Below the pieces are notes generated by a model. The model worked only from the letters and a program-made list of their open reading frames with translations, was not told where the DNA came from and ran no database searches. A DNA stretch of 64,000 nt from a virus (Duplodnaviria > Caudoviricetes), in the IMG/VR virus record IMGVR_UViG_3300049009_000874, positions 96,001-160,000 of that record; one strand, written 5' to 3'. Positions within the stretch are counted from its first letter, which is position 1, and each line of letters begins with the position of its first letter. Shown in pieces: positions 48,790-56,778 of this stretch. Made by a program: the position numbers and the translations under genes.

Positions 48790-49254
48790 ATGATGATTGG
48801 AGCTCCATTCAAGAAACAGACCGCGACGAGGATAATGAGTTCCCGCCTCGCCGAGAACGACGTTTTCGGCATGGACCTTTTCGGGAAACTGGCAGAGAGG
48901 TTCGCCAGGTTCTTCGGGACGCCGACGTTCCTCATATCCCAGACGATGTTCGTGATCTTGTGGATATCGATAAACTCGTCCATGCTGTCGCCTTTCGACC
49001 CTTACCCGTTCATCCTACTAAACCTCCTTTTCTCCACGCAGTCGGCTTACGCCGCCCCCCTCATACTACTGGCTCAGACAAGGCAGGCTGAGAGGGACAA
49101 GGACTGGGAACAGTCGGACTCGCAGCACAGGGAGGAACTCCACTCGGCTTCGTTGGAACTCCTGAACTCGTCGCTGGACAACTCCAAGAAGATATTGGAA
49201 CTGACGCAACGTGTCGAGGCTCTGCTCAGCGAGATACACAGAAAACCGATCTGA
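48790..49254 (+). CDS. DUF1003 membrane protein
   Basis: FDPYPFILLNLLFSTQSAYAAPLIL.AQ.RQ. Confidence 0.92.
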   Translation: MMIGAPFKKQTATRIMSSRLAENDVFGMDLFGKLAERFARFFGTPTFLISQTMFVILWISINSSMLSPFDPYPFILLNLLFSTQSAYAAPLILLAQTRQAERDKDWEQSDSQHREELHSASLELLNSSLDNSKKILELTQRVEALLSEIHRKPI

Positions 49255-49302
49255 AACCAACTACATATATCATTGATCAAACGCTAACCTAGAGGATTTG
49301 AA

Positions 49303-49629
49303 ATGTCCAGAAAGATCAGAGAGAACGTGTGGGACCCGCTCAGCAAGCGATTCGTCCATGAAATTTCGCCGATTAAAACGGGGGGGGTCAGGGAAAAAAT
49401 AACCAGATTCCTAGATGAAATCCCATGCGATTCCACCGGGGAGGAAGATTGCAAGACAGTCATCGCGCAGGTAAAAGCGGCTGTTCCGCAAAAAAAACCT
49501 GAATTCAACCCTACGCAAGTGGTTAAAATAGGTTCGGGAGGAAGCATAAGAAGGGAACACAATGGGTTCATGGGATTCCTCGGCGCCAGGGACAGGGAAA
49601 TGTTCGACATGATTTCGGAAGGAAAGTAA
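49303..49629 (+). CDS. hypothetical protein
   Basis: GAGGA RBS; C-terminal FMGFLGARD...ISE leader-like motif. Confidence 0.65.
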   Translation: MSRKIRENVWDPLSKRFVHEISPIKTGGVREKITRFLDEIPCDSTGEEDCKTVIAQVKAAVPQKKPEFNPTQVVKIGSGGSIRREHNGFMGFLGARDREMFDMISEGK

Positions 49630-49644
49630 CTGGAGGAGACCAAA

Positions 49645-50601
49645 GTGTCATTCTACAAAAATCAGATACCCATATCGGAGCAGGATTGGATGGAGAGCTT
49701 GATGGAACAGATGTGTCTGTCTCGCAAGCCGCCAATGCAGGTCGAGATGACCGTGGACGCCAGCAAGGTGACGTCGACTTGGAATGGAAGGACGCTGGAG
49801 CACGACTTCAGCGTCGGCGGCAAAGAATTCAAGGCTTCCGTGACATTGTACGCTTACGACCTCTCGAACCTAAAGCTCGGCATAAACAAGAGTAAAATTG
49901 TCCCGCTGGCGGATGTTAGCCTCGAGAACGTTGATGGCTATGAGATAACCGGGGAATCTGGCTCCGAAGCCACCGAGGTGTACGGGAACATGATTTCGAC
50001 CGTCGCGAAGGCTTTCGAGACGAACAACAGCATAGTCGGCGTGAGATATGTCCCGTGGAGCATGCTCATGGCTCCGCTTTACGACAAGATGGTGTCGAGG
50101 TTCCTCGAGACAAAAGGCTATTCCAGGGTGCACGCCAAGCCAGACATATTTCTGAAGGACTCGCTCATATCGAGCCTCCAAGCCGAATTCCCGGAAATGG
50201 CATCGAAATCCGCGGCTCACGTCGAGAAAAACAACAGATACCTTAAAGCCGTCAAGTGGTGGAAGATACTGCTGAGAAACGTCAGGTCCAGCTGGATAGG
50301 AAAGATAGTTTCGTTCGACGGAGTCCCAGCCATGGTCGAGAAGGTCGGCATCGATCTCAACATCGTGGTCTTGGTGGAGGAAAGATCTTCTGCGATGCCG
50401 AAACTAACACGGAAATTCATCGGCATAGAAAACTACAGTTCCCTGACGGACGGATCCCACTTCGACAGGCGCGACCTGTACGGCATCGTTGACCTAGCCA
50501 AAGAGACATCGTCGCTGAAAACCCTTCCGAACCTAGGTCAGACCATGACACCTCCGCCCTTCCCCCCAGAACTCGGGAAACCCGAGGACCATGAAGAATG
50601 A
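49645..50601 (+). CDS. hypothetical protein (WMES-type leader)
   Basis: GGAGG RBS, GTG start; ISEQDWMESLMEQM. Confidence 0.75.
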   Translation: MSFYKNQIPISEQDWMESLMEQMCLSRKPPMQVEMTVDASKVTSTWNGRTLEHDFSVGGKEFKASVTLYAYDLSNLKLGINKSKIVPLADVSLENVDGYEITGESGSEATEVYGNMISTVAKAFETNNSIVGVRYVPWSMLMAPLYDKMVSRFLETKGYSRVHAKPDIFLKDSLISSLQAEFPEMASKSAAHVEKNNRYLKAVKWWKILLRNVRSSWIGKIVSFDGVPAMVEKVGIDLNIVVLVEERSSAMPKLTRKFIGIENYSSLTDGSHFDRRDLYGIVDLAKETSSLKTLPNLGQTMTPPPFPPELGKPEDHEE

Positions 50602-50607
50602 AACGAA

Positions 50608-51348
50608 TCAGCTGTTCCTCTCTATGTTCCCTAATCTGGTCAGGTGCTTGTCCCTCGACTTGTGCAGCGGGTCCATCATGTCCGTGAACTCCTTGTCGGC
50701 GTGAACCTTCGAAAGGTCTTGCTTCTGCCTGAAAGTCCTCACGTGTGGCATGAAGTCCTCTCCCCTTATCCTGCCCGTCCTGTCCATGATTATCAAGGTG
50801 ACCAGCAGCTTAGGCTTGATCTCGTCCCTTATCTTGCCTTCCCCGTCGAATATCGAGCCCCAGAGCTTCCTTGGGAATCCTCCGTCCTGCTGCAGCGACA
50901 TGTGGTTGTCTATGACGAAAAAAAGCACCTCCCTGTCCTCCCGGGGCAATGAGTCGTATATGTCTTTCAATCCGCCGCTGAGCTTCGATATCTGCGGCAT
51001 GTAGTGACCGGGGTTCTCGTGCCCGTGGGCGGTTATCCTTCCCCCGTCGACCTTCGTGGCGGTAGCCTTGCCGATGTCGTGGAACCAGGCAGCCAGCTTC
51101 AGTATCTTCATCTCCCTCTTGTCGTAACTCGTTCCTAAGTTCGAGAATATAGATCCAGGCTTGGAAGCCTCGCGCCTGATGAACTCTATCGCCATCGGAA
51201 GCCTGCTTCGAACCATCCTAGTGTGCGTGAACACGTCGCCCTCGGCGTGGTGCTTGTCGCTCTGGACCACGGGCTTCAGTATGTCGCCGAGCGACGACTC
51301 GGAACTCAAGACCACAGACAGATAATCCCTGAATGTTTTGTTTTCCAT
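50608..51348 (-). CDS. HD-domain phosphohydrolase with putative head-targeting leader
   Basis: HHAEGDVFTHT, AWFHDIGK, HGHE, NHM, MDRTGR; leader MENKTFRDYL. Confidence 0.85.
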   Translation of the reverse strand: MENKTFRDYLSVVLSSESSLGDILKPVVQSDKHHAEGDVFTHTRMVRSRLPMAIEFIRREASKPGSIFSNLGTSYDKREMKILKLAAWFHDIGKATATKVDGGRITAHGHENPGHYMPQISKLSGGLKDIYDSLPREDREVLFFVIDNHMSLQQDGGFPRKLWGSIFDGEGKIRDEIKPKLLVTLIIMDRTGRIRGEDFMPHVRTFRQKQDLSKVHADKEFTDMMDPLHKSRDKHLTRLGNIERNS

Positions 51349-51362
51349 GTATCTCCAAATGA

Positions 51363-52064
51363 TTAAGCCTTCTCGACTTCACCGTCGTCCCATTCTTCCT
51401 CGCCGCTTAGGTGCGGAGGCAGCGGCAACCCCCTCTTGGCGTACTTGATCCTCTCGACCGACCTGTCGTCCTTCTCGTTCCTTTTCTGGGCGAGACCGGC
51501 GAACTCTGGCATCAGCGAGGAGATCCTTTCCACAAGATCGGATTTCATGTACACGTTGTAGACCTTCGTGTAGCCGAGCGGCTTCATTATGTCCCTGTAG
51601 AAGACGTCGTACATCTTCTGGAGGCTGTCCGTGGACCCGAGGAACGTTATGCCTTGCGGGCTTTCCATGTCCACGAGCGACTTGAGGGCTCCGAACAGGC
51701 GGGTGTACACCGCGAACGGGTTGGTGCTGTCCTTCGGTCTCAGCGACCCGTTCACCGAAAGCGAAACCTCGTATATCTTTATGCCCATTGGGATATATGG
51801 TCTCTCTATCTTCTTCAGGACCATGTAGTCCACCTTCTGCCTCGTGAAGCCGCTCAGCATCTTTATCAGCTCGTCCACCGAGAGCATCCTCATCTTGACC
51901 TTGTATTCGTATTTCCGCGCTTCCTCGCTTGGCGCCGGCATGCTGAAATTGAGCATGTAAGTGCCTTCCTCGTCCTGCTCGAGATGCTCCGGCGGCGCAG
52001 CCGCGTACCTTTCAAGAGCGCCCTCTTCCAGCATCCTCAGGCACATGTCGTAAAATGAAATCAT
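51363..52064 (-). CDS. hypothetical protein with putative head-targeting leader
   Basis: MISFYDMCLRMLEEG; GGAGG RBS; CATAGATA upstream. Confidence 0.75.
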   Translation of the reverse strand: MISFYDMCLRMLEEGALERYAAAPPEHLEQDEEGTYMLNFSMPAPSEEARKYEYKVKMRMLSVDELIKMLSGFTRQKVDYMVLKKIERPYIPMGIKIYEVSLSVNGSLRPKDSTNPFAVYTRLFGALKSLVDMESPQGITFLGSTDSLQKMYDVFYRDIMKPLGYTKVYNVYMKSDLVERISSLMPEFAGLAQKRNEKDDRSVERIKYAKRGLPLPPHLSGEEEWDDGEVEKA

Positions 52065-52174
52065 ACTGTTCCTCCATATGTTATCTATGGGAAATCCAAA
52101 TGAAAAACAAAAAAACCCATTGAAGACGAAAGGGAAATCTGGTTAAATCGGAACATCTCGAAAGGAAATCGAAA

Positions 52175-52474
52175 ATGAACTACTTCATAGCCTGTTTCAG
52201 CATCATGCTCGGTATTTACTCTCTGCCGCTGACGCTCGGGGTTTTCAGGCACAAGCACGACCTCGCCGGCAGAAGCCAGACCGACATATTCCTGCACTTC
52301 TTCTCCTGCTTCATGTTCGTCACTTTCCCGCTGGTGAACTTCGCCAGCGCCGCCGAGATGCTCCTGTTCGGCTCCTACAAATGTTCCTACTTAGCCGGAG
52401 CGTACGGTCTCATGTTCGTCATATTTCACTTCTCCTTCCTCGACGAGGAGAAGAGTGAGGGCGACGCCGTTTAG
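52175..52474 (+). CDS. small membrane protein
   Basis: Three hydrophobic segments; AAAGGA RBS. Confidence 0.65.
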   Translation: MNYFIACFSIMLGIYSLPLTLGVFRHKHDLAGRSQTDIFLHFFSCFMFVTFPLVNFASAAEMLLFGSYKCSYLAGAYGLMFVIFHFSFLDEEKSEGDAV

Positions 52475-52486
52475 ATGGCATAAACC

Positions 52487-53425
52487 ATGAAGGAAAAATA
52501 CGATAAGTCATGTCGCATCGTAAGCACGTGTGGAATCGCCATGTCATGCGACCAGCCCCCGATATATGATGGCAACCATTACTCGAGGAACACATGGGAC
52601 ATCAACTCCAATTACGGAGACACCGTCCACGTCTCACACCGTGAATTGAAATCTTTCTCGAGAATCATAAGTTCATACAAGAGCCCGGTCTCCGTCGTCA
52701 TGAACGGCGACGACCACATCATGCCGGATGACCACGACGGCGAATGCCTGAGCCTGCTTCTCGAAAACGAAAACACGCTTGTGGTTTTCTCGACCAACGC
52801 CAGGAGATTCCACCCCAAGTGCGTTCCGATTCCGATAGGAGTCGACTATCACACCTTGCGCCTGTGCAGGGATAACCGCCATGATTGGGGCAATCCCGGA
52901 ACCTCCTCGAGAGACCAAGACAGAGAACTGGTGGCGACATCTGCAAGCCTCAAGCCTTTGGGCGAGTGCCTTCCGATCGCGATATCGAATTTCCACCTCG
53001 CTATGGATAGACCACCTCGCAGAAAAGCGATGAGGCTCCCGATTCACGAGGCGACAAAGGATTGCGACTTCATCCGCCGGACCGGAAAGATGCAGAGGAT
53101 TTCCTTCTGGAAATCGACAAACGACTTCGCGTTCGTGATGTGCCCCCCGGGTCAGGGTTACGACACGCACAGGGCTTGGGAGGTTTTGGCGTTGGGGAGA
53201 ATACCGATAATCCAAAAACTTGAAATCAACGAGGTGTATGACGGATTGCCGGTTTGGGAAATAGAAGACTGGGCGGAATTCGGCTCGTTGAAAACAGGAG
53301 ACTTGGAAAGAAAGCTGGCTTTCTTCGTCGAAAAATGGAAGTCGTTCGAATTCCAAAAGACAACCCTGTCTTATTGGGTCGGACTGTTGGGGTCGAAAAA
53401 GCCGCCGCATAGCCGTGTAATTTGA
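52487..53425 (+). CDS. exostosin (GT47)-like glycosyltransferase
   Basis: IPIG, FVMCPPGQGYDTHRAWEVLALGRIPII, LP...DW. Confidence 0.8.
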   Translation: MKEKYDKSCRIVSTCGIAMSCDQPPIYDGNHYSRNTWDINSNYGDTVHVSHRELKSFSRIISSYKSPVSVVMNGDDHIMPDDHDGECLSLLLENENTLVVFSTNARRFHPKCVPIPIGVDYHTLRLCRDNRHDWGNPGTSSRDQDRELVATSASLKPLGECLPIAISNFHLAMDRPPRRKAMRLPIHEATKDCDFIRRTGKMQRISFWKSTNDFAFVMCPPGQGYDTHRAWEVLALGRIPIIQKLEINEVYDGLPVWEIEDWAEFGSLKTGDLERKLAFFVEKWKSFEFQKTTLSYWVGLLGSKKPPHSRVI

Positions 53426-54289
53426 TCACTTCGACAATCCGGTCAGGACTTCAGCCCATCGCTCGTAGGCTTTCCCCCTGGTGAGGTGCTTCTTCGCGAA
53501 ATCCATCGCGTTAGCCCTTATGCTTTCCTCGAGACCCCTATCGCCCTTGACCCTCGCCAGGTTATCCCTGAGGTCCGACATGTCCCTCTTCACGGGCACG
53601 TAGTGGACCCAAGGCTTCAAAAGAGGGAAATACCATTCCCTGTACGGTCTGTCGTGCAGGAAGACGACCCTGTTCGAAAAGAACAGGAACTTCAGCCTTC
53701 CGCTCCAACCGTAAGCCTCGACATCCATGAGGAACCTCCACCTCCTCGGGTGGTCCGTCAGGCTGACGAAGTTCGGGCACACACGGTTGTCAGGTATGCC
53801 TTTGGCGTAATCCCAGTTTATGTAAAGCGTGTCGAAGTCAATCCCGTCGTGGAACTGCACCAGGAGCCGCCTGTTGATGTGGGTTAGGGCTCCACGCCAG
53901 CCAAGGGCGTCCGTCTCGTGGACCCCGTTGCCGTAAGCCTCTATTATGTTGCACGTCTCGCCGTAGTCGTTTATCCCGACCTCCGGCCACCCGCTGAACG
54001 TGTAGTCCGGCACAGCCTGGCTGTAGTCCTCGTCAGCAGTCGAGAAGCACAGCACCCTGTGTCCGAAAAACGTCTTGTAGAGGTCCATGTCGTCGGTGTT
54101 GACCAGAACCCAGTCGAAATCCGGCACCCCGTGTATCCCGACAGCCTCCGAGATGATCCTCTTCGTGTGCTCGTTCCTCGACTCGTAGTTCCTACCGTCC
54201 ACGAAGGACAAGGAATCGTCCTTCTTCCTGACGGCGAAGCCGCTGAACGGCGGGGTGGTTATAGACGGCACGTGTTGGCTCTCTCTCAT
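53426..54289 (-). CDS. GT90 (CAP10/KDELC/POGLUT-like) glycosyltransferase
   Basis: PDYTF.GWPE, WRGA, WSGRLKFL, LKPWVHYVPV. Confidence 0.88.
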   Translation of the reverse strand: MRESQHVPSITTPPFSGFAVRKKDDSLSFVDGRNYESRNEHTKRIISEAVGIHGVPDFDWVLVNTDDMDLYKTFFGHRVLCFSTADEDYSQAVPDYTFSGWPEVGINDYGETCNIIEAYGNGVHETDALGWRGALTHINRRLLVQFHDGIDFDTLYINWDYAKGIPDNRVCPNFVSLTDHPRRWRFLMDVEAYGWSGRLKFLFFSNRVVFLHDRPYREWYFPLLKPWVHYVPVKRDMSDLRDNLARVKGDRGLEESIRANAMDFAKKHLTRGKAYERWAEVLTGLSK

Positions 54290-54581
54290 ACGCCATTTTC
54301 CTCATGGAAGGTTGGTTCCCAGACAACATATTACCATCAATCTCGGGCAATTCACCGGTCGAACCGTCGATTTTCGCGGTTATCGCGACGAATAAACCGT
54401 GAATGATCGATGTGCTTTTTGTTAAGAAGTCATTTGACGCGTCGAAAAGGCTGTAAAACAAGCGGTTTTCACCTTAACTGTTTCTTCGCGGTTTGCACAT
54501 CATATCTTTGCCCCAATACCGCTATCCCGACAATTAAATACATTCATCATTTACGAGAAATATTTTTCCGGGAGACTTTTT

Positions 54582-55673
54582 ATGCTGAAACGTTTTAATT
54601 GCGCGGAAAAGGGGAAGAAAGCCTTCACCCTCATCGAACTCTTGGTCGTCATAGCTATCATCGCGATCCTCATCGGGCTACTGCTGCCCGCGGTGCAGAA
54701 GGTGCGAGAGGCAGCAGCCAGGATCAGCTGCGGCAACAACCTGAAACAACTTGGCATGGCCATGATGAATTTCGAATCCACCTACAACTGCCTTCCCACG
54801 TCGGGCGAAGGGATGTCCCCTGGCACGGCAACGGCGCCAGGAGGAACTGTCTTTGATGGCATTTCCTTCTTTACCGCCGTTCTTCCTTTTCTCGAACAAG
54901 AAGCCGCAGCCAAACAGGTGAATAACAATGTGCAGCATTATTCTGCCGACGCCAATCAGGCGGCTTATAAAACCGTGATCAAATCCTTGGTTTGCCCGGG
55001 CAACCCAACCGCTTTGGCGTCTGGTGTTGACGCTGGAGGTTACGGAACAACCGATTACATGCCAATTGCTTATTCGGATATCGACCCAACTACCGGAGCC
55101 CGTGCCAGCACAAGCCTTGTTTACAAGAAGGCTGGCATGCTCACCGTGACTGGAACGTTCCCGGCAGGACAAAAAGCTTCCACCATTTCTGATGCAGGGA
55201 ATGCAGTTCCCAAATTGAAGAACGGCAGAAGAATCACCGGGATCACCGATGGAGGCTCCAACACCATTGGGTTGTTTGAAGACGTGGGTCGCGGCAACGC
55301 CGGCTGGGGCACTGAAGTATCAACCAAATACGGGTCACGCAATATCGCTCGCTGGGCAGAGCCAGACGGCGGCAATGGCGTTTCCGGTCCCGCTTTCGAC
55401 GACGCGGGCGCGCCAAATAGCGGAGCTGCGACCTCTGTGGTCATTTCGAAGTGGATCAACCAGAATTCCTACCCGACTGGCGGAACCACCACTTGCCCTT
55501 GGTCGATCAACAACTGCGGTCCGAACGACGAGCCGTTCTCGTTCCACACCGGCGTGGTCGGCGCGGTGTTCGGCGACGGGCACGTGGCTTTCATCTCTGA
55601 CAAAGTCGGAGTCGTGACGCTCAAGGCGTTGGTCACGGCGGACGCCGGCGACCAGATCGGAACTGACTATTGA
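54582..55673 (+). CDS. DUF1559 prepilin-type N-terminal cleavage/methylation protein (planctomycete type)
   Basis: [40 protein letters not shown]; C-terminal H-x9-DG ([14 protein letters not shown]). Confidence 0.95.
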   Translation: MLKRFNCAEKGKKAFTLIELLVVIAIIAILIGLLLPAVQKVREAAARISCGNNLKQLGMAMMNFESTYNCLPTSGEGMSPGTATAPGGTVFDGISFFTAVLPFLEQEAAAKQVNNNVQHYSADANQAAYKTVIKSLVCPGNPTALASGVDAGGYGTTDYMPIAYSDIDPTTGARASTSLVYKKAGMLTVTGTFPAGQKASTISDAGNAVPKLKNGRRITGITDGGSNTIGLFEDVGRGNAGWGTEVSTKYGSRNIARWAEPDGGNGVSGPAFDDAGAPNSGAATSVVISKWINQNSYPTGGTTTCPWSINNCGPNDEPFSFHTGVVGAVFGDGHVAFISDKVGVVTLKALVTADAGDQIGTDY

Positions 55674-55701
55674 GAAATAGCGGTCGGATGAATTTTTCCA
55701 G

Positions 55702-55732
55702 AAAGGCGACTGGTAATCCCAGTCGCCTTTTT
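55702..55732. terminator. bidirectional intrinsic terminator
   Basis: AAAGGCGACTGG-TAATC-CCAGTCGCCTTT-TT between convergent genes. Confidence 0.85.
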
Positions 55733-55747
55733 CGTCAGACTATATCC

Positions 55748-56698
55748 CTAGGAGAACAAGCAATCAAGCGCCGACAACGATTTGTCCTTCAAAAGTTCGC
55801 TTTCCGTGGTTTTGCTCCTTTCTATCAACTCCATGAGCGACGCGTGATAGTCTTCGTTGTGATAGTCATTGCGGTTGTTTTTGTAGTTGTAGTATATCTT
55901 CGGAATATGCCTGCAAGGCTTGAAGCCGCCAACGTCATTCCTGTCGAATATTAATCCGGTCTTCAAATCCTTCATGTATTTCCTGACGCCCATCGAAACT
56001 CCAACCATATGAAAGTAAGAATTGGATGTTGACGGAATTTCCAGAAATGATGTTTTCTCTCTTCCGGTGAATAACTTGTATGTGAGGAACCCCATGGTCT
56101 CCAGCCACAACTCGTTTTTCTCCGTATTCGCCTTGTCATCTCTTGAATCGGGAGATATGACGAATTTTTTTCCATCGCAACTTGCGAAAACCGACTTGAA
56201 TGTCGGGAAACCCAAATCCTTCAACATGTTCATTCTCAAAAAAGAAAGCCAAGGGCATATCCTCCCTATTTTCCTCTTGATGTGGGTGTGAAAAACTTTC
56301 TTCAGGGATTCGCTGCCTTCCATCCTCCCTGCTGTCGAACCAATGACGTCATGCCTTAGCATATGTTTTTTGTACCCTTCGATCACGCCACTTTTCAGGA
56401 TGAAAAAGTCGCTGTCTATCGTCATCACGACATTATGCTTGGCTTTCGGGACCAACATGTCCAATAGTTTACCATGGTCCGGAGAACCGTACCCATGGTC
56501 GTTTTTCACTTTGACTATCGTTACGTTTTTCTCTTTTGACCATAATTCGGAAATGAATTCCAGCATGTCATCCCTCGACGACGATATGCCCAGGATCAAC
56601 TCGTCCACCTCGTTTTCCCAAAACTTCTTGTAGCTCTTGTAGAAGGTGAGAGCCAGATACGGATCGCCGACAAAAACGGTTATCGCTGAGATTTTCAT
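55748..56698 (-). CDS. GT-A fold glycosyltransferase-like protein
   Basis: DHG..LD, VMTIDSDFF DxD motif. Confidence 0.6.
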   Translation of the reverse strand: MKISAITVFVGDPYLALTFYKSYKKFWENEVDELILGISSSRDDMLEFISELWSKEKNVTIVKVKNDHGYGSPDHGKLLDMLVPKAKHNVVMTIDSDFFILKSGVIEGYKKHMLRHDVIGSTAGRMEGSESLKKVFHTHIKRKIGRICPWLSFLRMNMLKDLGFPTFKSVFASCDGKKFVISPDSRDDKANTEKNELWLETMGFLTYKLFTGREKTSFLEIPSTSNSYFHMVGVSMGVRKYMKDLKTGLIFDRNDVGGFKPCRHIPKIYYNYKNNRNDYHNEDYHASLMELIERSKTTESELLKDKSLSALDCLFS

Positions 56699-56778
56699 AA
56701 CAACTCCTTTTGCTGGTGAAAAAACATCAAAGACTTCATTTTCCGCGCTATTCCATAACGCTCAAAGATATATATGGC

